Made by a program: the position numbers and the translations under genes
Source: Gnetum montanum
Taxonomy: Eukaryota; Plantae; Gnetophyta
Length of the DNA: 64,000 bases
Assembly (NCBI GenBank): GCA_015680685.1
Contig: MNCI01002682.1
Span: forward strand, 62,001 to 126,000
Direction of reading: 5' to 3'
Notes under the pieces: model-generated
The model's input: the letters and a program-made list of their open reading frames with translations, nothing else
Databases searched by the model: none
Told to the model about the DNA's origin: nothing
Shown: positions 1-11,344 of the stretch, piece by piece
How positions within the stretch are numbered: position 1 is the first letter of the stretch
Layout: the number at the start of each line of letters is the position of its first letter

Positions 1-334
1 ATGCATGATCATAGATAAATTTTCTTTCTTTTCTTTGCATAAATAAAAGGACATAATTGCTGATAAATAAATGGAGTTAATGAATTGAAACCAGAATAAG
101 TAAATAATATTTTACTTTTTATGAAAGGAAAATCTAAATATGGCAAATGTACAAACATTCATTATTCAATAAAAGACTTACTCCAAGGAGATATCCAAGC
201 TTCCAAGATCCACTATTCTCAACATACAATTGAAACAAGATAACTGTACATCTCAAGTATGTTTTAAATGCTATGTAAGAAATTAGCTCACACATCAATA
301 GTAGTTACAACACGTAGGTTTATTCATTTGTTAA

Positions 335-465
335 GGATCATTGCCTGAAGCTACAATGCTCATCTCGCTAAGCGGGGTCCTGGAAGGCTGTGAAAGCTTA
401 ACCTCTTTGAGTGGCTGCACCTAGGCTCAAACAAGCACTTTACCATCACTCCAAATGATGGTCTC
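335..465 (-). mobile_element. tRNA-derived SINE copy (Au-like family), degenerate
   Basis: Shares 'atgctcatc..gctaagc.gggtc..ggaagg...aagc.taacctctttgagtggct.c.cctaggct' with 5352-5490, 8160-8270 and, in reverse, 22640-22740. Confidence 0.55.
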
Positions 466-1269
466 TGTAAGTTTGTTCATCTTTTATGTTAAAGAAAAAG
501 GTTGCCACTGTTTCTAGCCATTGATACTAGATGAATGTTCATATGTGAAAATCAACTAATATTTTCCTTTCATTTTAAGGCATTCTAAATTTGGCAAGCA
601 AGATGTAAGGCCTGAAGTTTTGGCAAATAAATCTGAATGTAGGCAGGAATGAGGGTCTGAAATAAATCTAAAATTATAGTTATTAACACAGTTCATGAGA
701 ATTGGGATTTTACAATGTTTTCCTTTAAGCCTATGGCAATTTCAGTTCCTATAATTTCTCTAAATGTGGTGGCTGAAACATGTAGAGTTTAGGTACTAAC
801 TATTTTATTTTGGACCAGCATTGTTTTTGTTTTTCCTTCCTTTTTACATGCATAGAGACTCTAGCAAGACCTTACAGATTTGGAAAACTGCATAACTTGA
901 AAATGATACAAGTATTTTTTGCACATGCATACTTTAAATAAAATGCAAAGTTAAGGGTATTGCTGATAATGAGGCACATAAATTGAAATACAACTGCAAG
1001 CAGATTAACAGTCTCTGACTTGTTAAAAGAAAAAGAAAAAAACAGAGGACAGTCACAGTCTCTGATTTTAAAATAATATAACAGAGAACAGTCATAGGCT
1101 GCGATTTCCAACAACAACAATAACAAAAACAGAGAACAGAGTTTATAGGTGACTGTCTAGAGAATATTAAACAGAAACCAGAAATTGACAGCCATAAAAC
1201 ATGCAGTGTCTATCATAATCATGTAATCAATCTTTAATTCTAAACAAATGGAATAGGTAAACTCTACGA

Positions 1270-3270
1270 ACACAAGTTTGCTGGATGCGTTTAATTTGAT
1301 GCTTTGGTGGGGCCAAGTTTGTAAGGAAATTAATTGTTTGCATATTGTTGTGTTGCCTAAGATTCCCAACCCCACCCTACCTTCTCAATATCGGCCAATT
1401 GGGGTGTGTAATACTTTACTAAGGGTTTTCACCAAAATTCTGGTGCACCGTCTGCAACCTCTAATGTCTGCTTTGGTTGGTTCCCATCAGGCTGGATTCA
1501 TTAAAGGACGATTTATTGAAGACCAAACTCTTTTGCTTCACAAATTGGGCCACTTCATCAAACATTCCTCCTTTTCTAGTATGTGCATCAAATTAGATCT
1601 TGCAAAAGCCTATGACACTATTCAATGATAGGCACTCCAAGAGATCATGTTGAGAAAAGGGATTCACCAACACTTTGTGAATCTTTGTATTAATCTCCAT
1701 CAAACTAGTGCCTATTCTTTTGATTTGTGCATGCGGCTCTGGGGGTTTTCCTCCTCCACCAGGGGATAACAGCAAGGGGACCCCCTTTCTCCCTACTTGT
1801 TCATCATTTTCATGGACACCATGAATTTGTATTGTAGGAAGGAAGGTGTAGGGGGGCTCAACATCGCTGGTATCACATGCATCATGGAACACTATGTTGA
1901 AGATACCACCCTCATGACTAGCGTTGTGGTACTACAAGCCCAAGCGATTAACCAAGCCTTGACTCATTTGGCACAGGAAATAGGGCTACAACCTAACCGG
2001 GGGAAATCTGTAGTGCATTGCTTCCATCCAGAGACCCGGGTGTAGTAGTAGGTGTGCCAATGTCTTGGGATCTTACTAGGTTCAGAGAATGAGTTCTATC
2101 TGGGTATTCCCATGTTTTCTTGGAATAGATATTTCACGTGGACTCATTTGATATAGAGGTTATTGTCGAGGGTGGAGCACTAGGTTGCACGGTTCTTCAC
2201 TCGTAAGGGTAAGATTCTCTTAGCTTCTTCAGTGTTGCTTGCTTGCCATCTCTCGTTACGTTGCATTTGTGGCCACTCCTCCTGTTGGGGTGATTAACAA
2301 AATCAGCCAAATCATTCGAAATTTTATTTGGTTTGGGGGGAAGGGGGAACATCATCTACATTTGTTTGTTGGGAAAATGTGGTGCGACCAAGAACTACGG
2401 GAGGCCTAGGGGTGCTAAAATTTGAAGTTGTTATCTTGATGGGACATCAGATCTTGATTGATCGCTTGCTGGAGGATTCGAAGTGTCAGATGCCCTGCTC
2501 TTGCATCATGAATTCTAAGTACACTTTGTGGGTTGTGGTGCCTAGAGACTCCCACGTGTGGAGAAATGTCTGTACTCATGCTCATAAGTTGCTCCTTGGG
2601 GGAATGATGGGTTTGACTCTCACGCATACCATTAAGCTAATGTACCCAGATCAAGATGGGTGGAAACTTCTCTGGCAAGGGAAGCTCCTGAAAAAGATCG
2701 AATGTTTTGCTTGGTTGAGCTTGCAAGGCACCCTACTATTGTGTGTCGGTCTTAAAGTGCGGGGGTTAATTAACCATGATGATTGCCCTTTTTGCTCTTT
2801 GTACACCGAGTCCACAACACATCTCTTTCTACATTGCCCTTTTGCTACCAAGGTTTGGGCGAATGTCGATATTAGGCCTATGCTTAGGGTGATTGGAGAT
2901 TTCTTCCATACCGTGGTTTTGCGGCAAATTTGGGAGGCCCGTAATGCCAGGGTCTTCTATGCACCTCCTTTTCCTACTCTGGCACAAGCTGTGGTCCTTG
3001 TGCGTAGACTATGGATGGAGTCTATTATAGCTATGGGAGTGACTTTGACTTTTGAACTAAAGGCAAAGATGTTTCATCAAAAATGAGAGCTGTGGGGCCT
3101 TGTCATCCATATGGGGTGGGCTAATGTGCTTCTACTTCTAGTTGGTGANATGGAGGGGGCTCTTGTTCTGTTATTTTGTCTTTTGATCATGTTCTTTGAT
3201 GGTTGGGGATATTATCACCCCCGATTTTGGGTGTTGGGAGGTGGCCCTTAGCTGATTCTAGGATTTGGTT
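1270..3270 (+). mobile_element. Degenerate, 5'-truncated L1-clade LINE (RT + zf-RVT), probably in the DJ-1C upstream intron
   Basis: ORFs 1278-1628 (YRPIGVCN...KILVHRLQ...QAGFIKGR...IKLDLAKAYD), 1797-2045 and 2328-3086 (W..V.RP...GGLG; CPFC...E...HLFLHC; IWEARNARVF) are plant L1 ORF2 motifs, interrupted by stops and frameshifts. Confidence 0.9.
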
Positions 3271-4760
3271 TGCAAGGATGACATATTTAGTACTTTACTA
3301 ATAGATAACCCGAAGGTTAGGAGCATCACAATGATAACTTGATAACCATATAAGTGACTGAACCAATGCACACACATAATATACTCAAAGAGCACCAACA
3401 TATACACATAATAGATATTGTACCTTAAGAGAGTTAATATGTATAACGTGTTTAGCCTTAAACTCCCACTCTATAGAGAAGGTGTGGTGCCCAAGCTAGA
3501 GAGGCCAAAGCCTCTCAAACAAGCCTACATATCCTTGTAATATCATTCACAAGGAATCAAGGCAATGCAGTTCTATAGGGTGATAGTTAAGATAGCATGG
3601 AACCCAAGTGGATCTCCATACTTCTTTCAACAAGAAGGCATATTTTTAACAAGGTTAACACAATCAAGCATCTCCAAGGACTATGCCCACGTAGCCCATA
3701 CGAGATCGCCAACCTTGGATAGAATGATAGGGAGCATTTCTTAACAATGATAACAAAAACATGAAAGACCAAGTGCACATAACCCAAAGAAAATGCTAAC
3801 TTGTAAGCCCAATACATGAATGTCAAAAATCAGATCCATGACTCATGAAAGACCCCATGCATGAGTCACAACTCACAAGAAAATCTCACATGTCCTCATG
3901 AAATAATTCTCACCTATCCGAACCAACACCTACTAAAAATTTCTGTACAACAAAGGTTTGGGATGCACATCTCTAGAAATGAGTTTGGCCAATTTGGAAA
4001 GGGAGAAGACACTTCAAGCTCAAGTTGTTGCCCACCTAGTTGCTTCAAGAATTAGCTTAAAATTAAAAGTTCAAGGTGCAGCCAGAACCCTCTCACAAAA
4101 CCAGAGAAAACAGTCTTCAAAAATCAGCCTTAAAAGCCTTCAACAGTAGCAGTAATGTCAACCTCTTATGCCTTCACAAAAGCTCATAAAGATCACTAAG
4201 ACAGCCCCCATGCTCAGCCCAAAAGACAAGGTAGGAGCAGCCCCACACAATCTTCTCTCTCTACCTCAAACTAGCATATTCTTCCTTTCTTGGAAAAAGA
4301 TGGAAAATGAGAGCAAACTTCCTTCTATTTGTAGAATGAAGGAGATCCAAAGCTTGGACAAAGACTTGTACACAAAAGTTTACACAACAGGCAAAGATTA
4401 GACAACTGATTTCCCAAAGATCCTTTTTTGTTTAATTCATGACATCATTAAGCTTTCATGAAGAAAGGAGTGGATATGTGAGAGTGACAACACTTAAGAG
4501 AGTCACATGTCCCCTATTAAATGAGTGTTTTGTCCTTTTTTTAGCCATTATTATGAAGTGGACAATTAACATATCAAAAAAAGATATTATCACAAGCATG
4601 TCATAAAGCATACATCACCATCCCACATTGACTTTTCTTGTGGCTCCACCTTCTTTTGGTTTGTTTCAAGTCATTTTTACTTTATAAACTACGAAGCTTT
4701 TCTAATCTATTTTTGGCCATTTATCTATTTTCTACATTCCCTATGATTTATCTAATAAAA
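3270..4760 (-). mobile_element. Probable old LTR-retrotransposon remnant (LTR-like)
   Basis: Non-coding, with LTR-like composition and a TATA-like tract near 4325 on the minus strand. No clean termini or TSD found. Confidence 0.3.
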
Positions 4761-4761
4761 G

Positions 4762-5070
4762 TCATTTTTGATGAAACATCTTTGCCTTTAGTTCAAAAGT
4801 CAAAGTCACTCCCATAGCTATAATAGACTCCATCCATAGTCTACGCACAAGGACCACAACTTGTGCCAGGGTAGGAAAAGGAGGTGCATAGAAGACCCTG
4901 GCATTACGGGCCTCCCAAATTTGGCGCAAAACCACAGTATGGAAGAAATCTCCAATCACCCTAAGCATAGGCCTAATATCAACATTTGCCCAAACCTCGG
5001 TAGCAAAAGGGCAATCATCATGGTTAATTAACCCCCGCACTTTAAGACCGACACACAATAGTAGGGTGCC
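4762..5070 (-). repeat. Inverted partial copy of the L1 3' end (2727-3086) with a 51-bp in-frame deletion
   Basis: ORF 4762-5079 is nearly identical to the end of ORF 2328-3086 but lacks CSLYTESTTHLFLHCPF. Confidence 0.9.
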
Positions 5071-5095
5071 TATAAACAAAGGTTGCTAATAATGA

Positions 5096-5292
5096 GCCTA
5101 TAAACAAAGGTTGCTACATCACTGTTCTAGGAAAGCCACTGAAAGAAAGACCAAAGAAGATATGGGGAAAAATGATTTAAAGAAACTACAAATAAACAAA
5201 GATCTAGTTCTTTGTAGATGTGAATGGTGAAAAAGAACTCATGTAGCCGACCCCATTTTGTTGTGATAAAGCTAGGATGATGATGATGATTT
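5096..5292 (+). mobile_element. Dispersed repeat ending in an RTE-type 3' tail (gccgacccca...gataaagct..(gat)n); inverted copy at about 7570-7780
   Basis: The reverse complement of 5096-5292 aligns by eye to 7570-7780. The same tail motif occurs at 11760-11817 and at the RTE end 30937-31000. Confidence 0.55.
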
Positions 5293-5315
5293 AAAAAATT
5301 ACAAGTGTTTTTGGT

Positions 5316-5495
5316 AAAAAAAAAAAAAAAAGGATTATCACTTGGAGCCACAATGCTCATCTTGCTAAGCAGGGTCTTAGGAGGGTTAATAGATGAGCAA
5401 AAGCCTAACCTCTTTGAGTGGCTATGCCTAGGCTTGAACCCAAGTCTTCATCTTGAGAAACGAGCACTTTACTATCACTTCAAATGACAGTCCTT
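5316..5495 (-). mobile_element. tRNA-derived SINE (Au-like), best-preserved copy
   Basis: On the minus strand: A-box-like and B-box (GGGTTCAAGCC) head and a poly-T tail (A-run 5316-5331). Four copies in the window. Confidence 0.6.
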
Positions 5496-8149
5496 AAATG
5501 TGCTACTGTAATATCTCACCTATAGCTAATGTGGTCAAATGTAGGACATTGCAGGAACATGTGATGTTTATCTTTAATGCTATTTGTATTCCACAATCGA
5601 CATATATATTCTTCATGAGGAATTTTGAGCTATGTGCTTGTTTTAACCCTCAAATGATGAGATCCCATTTATGCTTTGCAATTGTGCATTGCAAATGATG
5701 ATGAATAGTAGCAAATAAATAGTTTACCTTTAAATTATATCTTTTCCTAATATTATTCAAATAGAACTATTTTTTACCTTATACATTTTCCCAAAGTTTT
5801 TGAAATACAACTTATTTCACCAATTTGTGAATTTGCTTAAGATTAGAATTAAAAACAATATACCATTGAATATTTTATCTATTAAGCTATAAAAGTGCCT
5901 CATGAAACCATCCTTTGTCTTAGGTTTTGATCATCACTTTTTTTGAAGTATTAATCTAATGAGAATTTAGAAAGATTATGAGTGTAGACTATACATTGAC
6001 AAATAGCTTCAACTTCTAAGGATATTATCTCTACTTCAAGAAACATAATATCATATTGTGTTTGTCTCTTCACCTTGAATTCATTGAGCAAATGCAACTT
6101 TTGAATTTCTTTTTCTATCTATTTCCATTGTGTATTTGCTAGACTAGGATCCCATACAATATACCCATAATGAATCGTTGGTTAAACAATGGCATAATAG
6201 AATTGTTTTTGGATATCTCAAGCCAGAATAGATTCCTTATTAGATTTGTTTTTTAAAGCAAATAATGCTTTAATACCACTTGCAACTTTTTGAGTAATGC
6301 ACTATCTCATTTGTAATTGTAGGATCATTTTAGGCCAATGCATTTTTCAAGAGGAGGTTATGTTTACATGTTTATTTCTTATAGTGCGTGTGCCACAGGT
6401 CATGATTTTTAGCTTTCTAGAGAGTAACTTTCATTTCAGAATATTGACAACAGTCATCAAGAATCTAAATCCTTTGTTGCAATCCTTCTATTGAATTTAA
6501 TTTTAAAACATCATTAGCATAAAGTAAGAGTCTAACCAGAGTACTTTCACTTGTAATTGCAAATAGAGGTGGTACTTTATGCATCCATTCTTCAAGTTCA
6601 TCAATAAAAGGTCCAAATAAAGTAGGAGAAAAAGGACATCCTTATTTTACATTACCATAACTATCAAATAAAATTCTTTCTTAACCATTTGTGAAGTGAA
6701 TGTATACCTCTTTGGTGTTGGGAACTTCTAAATTTTTTAAGCATCTCCATAACTTGCTTTGAATGGCTGGCCGAATCATACCGCTTGTGTGGAACTTTTG
6801 CTCCATCAATAAAATCTTATAAAATCTTTTAAAGTGAGGAGATGGTCTATGGTAGAATGTTGCTGCCTAAATCTTGTTTGGGAAATTACACATCTTATTT
6901 CCTTCAGCCTATCTTCTAAGCATTGATTCTAGAATAGTGCCTACAAGCTTGGCAAAAATATTGTTGACTACAATTAGTCTATAATTATTTAGATCTTTTT
7001 TATCCCCTTTTATAAAGAGAATAACTACTTTATTGATGCACCATTCCTTTTCTAACCGCACTTGCACAACTAAATTTAACTTCTTCCAAATGACATTCTA
7101 TACCAATGGCCCTTCCCATTTAGGCATTTCTTCATGCAAGTTATTTATATCAGAAACTTTTCTTGATACTTGTCTTTTCATCCTGCTGCATTGAGTCATC
7201 AAAATAAATGAACAATGTATTATCATTTGAATTAGCTTGCACATTTACACAATATATTTTGTGGTGGTTTGTGTCTCTCTAATCAAATACACATACTAGA
7301 ATTAGTAGATTGATTATGGGAGTTAGGATGGTACGAATTATTATATTGAAATTGTATTCATTCAAGAAAGCTCTGAAGTGTATTTTAATTTTCCATAACT
7401 ATTTTTCATTTAGTTGTAACTCCTTAAATTTAGAAAATGGTTCTAGCTATTTAGTTGAATAGCAAACTTTTTCAAGTTCTAACATGCATGTTGTTCTTAT
7501 ATGTTTGTCACACCTTGGGTAAATATTGAATAGTTTCGTAATTTTCAAAACTTTTCATCCCATATATTAAGATCATCATCATCTTAGTCTTGTTTGTAAA
7601 AGTTGGGGTTGGCTATATGAGTTTTCTTTCACCATTTGCCTCTATAAAAAGTCAAATTCTTATCTATTTGCAATTTCTTCAAATCATCTTTAGTTGTTTG
7701 TCTTCATGTCTTTTTGGTCTTTCCTTTCAATGGCTTTCTTTTGATGTAGCAACGTTTTTCAATTGGCTTAGTATCCCATATATTGAGATGCAAGCCAGAA
7801 ATGCAAATGCAAATACATTTTGAAATACTTATTTACTTAAAATCTTCCTTCTTATTGAGGGGCTTCTATGGTAAAAATTCCCAAAGTCATAAAGGATATG
7901 GAGTTGATAGATTAACTAGATTTTTATCAAATTTGGATACATGAGAACATGAAAATCTCCAAAGATTGTGTATTTTTCTTAATATTATGATCCTTTTTGA
8001 GAGTTTCAGCTTCAACCATATCACTTAATGTGAAGAAACATTATATGAATGATGTGTAACAGATGTAACTTGAGAGTTTTTATCTTAGCTTTACACTTCC
8101 TTCCAGTCAACTAATTCAACAATGTAAACCATGCAACTAGGGTTCTATG

Positions 8150-8285
8150 TCATCACCCGAAGGCTCAATACACCTCCTACCAAGTGGGCTCTAGGAGGGT
8201 CTGTAGATGAGTGAAAACCTAACCTCTTTCCATGTTGTTGTGCCTAGGTTTGAATCCAGGTGTTACATATTGGAATTTGAGGTCC
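8150..8285 (-). mobile_element. Au-like SINE copy
   Basis: Similar to 5340-5490 (ggagggtc...gatgag..aaa.cctaacctcttt...gcctagg.ttgaa.cc). Confidence 0.5.
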
Positions 8286-9744
8286 ATAGGAAGTAGGAAA
8301 CTTAGTTCATTGAGGATTTCAATTTGAAATGGGAAAACATGACAAATCATAGGCAATATATAACAAGCAATCTATGGTTGTAGATTTAAGTAATAGACAA
8401 CATAGACATGATGTCAAGAACAATATCAAAAGGTACAACGACTAATTGTGAATTATAAGAACTACACAAAGAATGAAACCATCATATAGAATGGTGAACT
8501 GCCAAGATAGATATCCACAGTTGAGAAGATAAAGTAGTTAACAAAGATGAATCCGACACTGAACATCATGAACGTTATAGATAACATGGTATTATTAGTG
8601 AAATATCCAAACTCAAGAAAGTATCTGCAACCACAGACCAACTCGATAAACGGTGTGTGTTTGTATAGGTGTAAAGGATGCGGTGAATACCTCCCCTTTT
8701 ATCTATCATCAAAGTAAAGGTTGCATCCATACACAAACCAACACGTCCCTTTATTAAGAAAATAACAATTTTTTTATTTATTATGTAAACCGTCACTGTT
8801 ATAGATCACTAACTTTTAACTTTACACGTTGAGGTTTGTAAATTCATTAACTCTGATCGGAACAGCTTGAGAAACAAGCACCGTATGATGATCCCTTAAG
8901 CAAAAAAAGAGCTCATGATCTTTTAGTTCTTGAACCTGGTGCATCTTTGCACACATGTTAGTGGAAATATAACTTGCCTATGCAAATGGCCTTGGTGTTT
9001 CAGGGCTAAAAACTTGCTGGTGTAATTTTAGTAAAAGGAAGTATACATGCATTAGCAATTATTTTGCAACCTTTGTTCTACGTTATGGTAGATATCCATT
9101 GTTGTTTAGTTGCATTCCCTAAAACATGCAGACATGCATCTAATTTTAGAATTCTTATCCAAGTCAACATATGCAATGCTTTTAACTCTGTAAGGACTTC
9201 AGGACCGTTATATACAATCAAGAACAATTATGCTTTACTGTTATCCAATAAAAGTCAGGAAACTCCAGCTTGATGTCTCTGATAAACCATTTCTTGATTA
9301 GATGAAGACTTGGTTTATGTTTAGATTGATAGATTTATGTGTGGGACCTTGGTTTTTGGTAGCAACTTAGCAGCTGGGTTTACATTGTGTGTCTAAATGG
9401 TACTGATACACATATTTAGCACTGGAGCACGTGGTAGGTTGGTCAATTACAAATTATGATTTCCTTTAGAATAAGTAGAATGAATGTCTCATTAGTCATA
9501 ATGATGCAATTTGAAATTATCATCCTCTACCATCCATCCTATTCCCAACCTTGGTTTATGATGTTTTAATCTCATAACTTATTAGTATCAAAGATTTGGG
9601 CATTTGAGACCCATTCTATAATAAAATTCTTACTTGAACTTTTTACCGCCAACTGACATATTCCCTCTTCTCTTTTCAATAGCCTCGAAAATCAGTGGCA
9701 TCTTTCTTTCCTATTACAATGACTACATACATATGCTAGTAATC

Positions 9745-10805
9745 TGATGAGGGCATCACCCCAGCCTCTTTTACTCTTTTCTCAATTATGAGATGTGTTT
9801 GTTATGTCTTGATGACTTGTGCATGTTTTGTGTGTGTTTCGGGCATTCCAGGGTCATGAAAGGGTCAAGGGAATTCAAATGGAAGACTTCGGGAGCTGTT
9901 TGTAAGAGTCAATTTGGTTTCTGCTCAGATGTCTCTAATGCCCAAGACGTCTTGGTAGCAGCTGCTCTTTCAGACTGGAAGACTTCTTTGGTGAAGTCTA
10001 CCAGGTGTCCTGATAGTAGACGTCTTTGGTGAAGTCTACCGGACGTTCTGATAGTAGTTGTCTTTCCAGAAGCAGGCCCAGATGAGATGCCCATACGTGC
10101 CAGACAACTTGGATTTCAAATAGAGGTGCCCATGAAGCCGAAGAGTTAGCTTGGGAAGGTGAAAAGTCAGCCTAAAAGGTATAAATTGATGGCTTGATTG
10201 ATCATGTAGGCATCATACCTTGGAGGAGGCAAGAGGGAGGCACTAGGGAGAAAGAGTAGCCTAAGGAGAGGAGAAAAGATTCTCTTGTGGAGTGTGAGTC
10301 TTGTCTTGTGGGTATGGTCTTGTGTAATTAAGGTGTGAATTCTAAAAGTGAAGGAGAGTTGGGTGAGGCTAAGAGTGCTTTGTTTCTCCTTGTGTTGTGA
10401 GTTCTAAAAGTGAAGGAGAGTTGGGTAAGGCTAAGAGTGCTTTGTTTCTCCTTGTGTTGTGAGTTCTAAAAGTGAAGGAGAGTTGGGTGAGGCTAAGAGT
10501 GCTTTGTTTCTCCTTGTGTTGATTGAGTCTCATTGGGAGGCTTGTGTGGCTTAAATTGTGAGCCATTGTGTATGTGTGATTGTTTTGATATTTTGGGAAT
10601 TGATGTATATTTTTAGTCCTTGGGAGTGTGGGGAATGAGTCCTACCGATCTTTGTGATGTAATTCACCATTGTTGAGCATAATTGAAGCACAAGATCTTT
10701 AGCTCTTTGTGTTTTTGCTTTCTTGCTTCCAATTGTATCTTGAAGGTAAGGGTAAAGTCGTATTCTTTTCACATCGTAGGGGCTGGTAGGGGCCAGTCCT
10801 TACCA
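9745..10805 (+). mobile_element. Solo LTR in DJ-1C upstream intron
   Basis: TG...CA ends with an imperfect terminal inverted repeat (tgatgagggc / gtccttacca), near-TSD taatc/taatg, TATA (tataaat about 10180) and internal tandem repeats. Confidence 0.6.
10335..10520. repeat. About 62-bp tandem repeat x3 within the solo LTR
   Basis: ttctaaaagtgaaggagagttgggtgaggctaagagtgctttgtttctccttgtgttg repeated three times. Confidence 0.9.
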
Positions 10806-11344
10806 TAATGTGCTTCACATTTTATTCATGCATCATGCTATATAATGTTGCAAGATAATGATTGGAATTCTATTTTGATGAAGTGCTTGCTTGAACACGG
10901 CTTTGGTAATTCAGTGCTTTGGAGCGAAGCTTGTATGACTCTCATATTGCTAATTTGATTGATTATGCATATCTATTGGATGTATGTATATACCATACAT
11001 TGTGTATATATCGGTATATACAACACCAACATGATGAAAAATTTGAAACACAATGCCAGAAAGGCACACATCTTATCAGGCCAGGGGAAAGAAACTCTGT
11101 TAATAAAATCTGTAACAATAATGCAGGACATTGTGTTATATAAGCATCATTAGTATTCGAAGATAAATTCTGACAATGGCTTAATGTTGATATTTGGTAT
11201 GAAACAAATAATTTTTTAAATATTCAATTTTTTGTTGGATTTTCATCCTTTTCTAAAAACATTTTGAACAATTTATCCGTGGTACTAGCTACTAATTTTT
11301 TATCAATTAAACAGCTGTACTAAATAAACTCTTTGCATGATCAG

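Noticed and set aside
5498-9300. Short ORFs (60-80 aa) as genes
   Set aside because: Low-complexity AT-rich chance ORFs in decayed repeats or intron, with no motifs.
10335-10520. CRISPR-like or functional repeat
   Set aside because: Head-to-tail near-identical units without spacers, inside a solo LTR.
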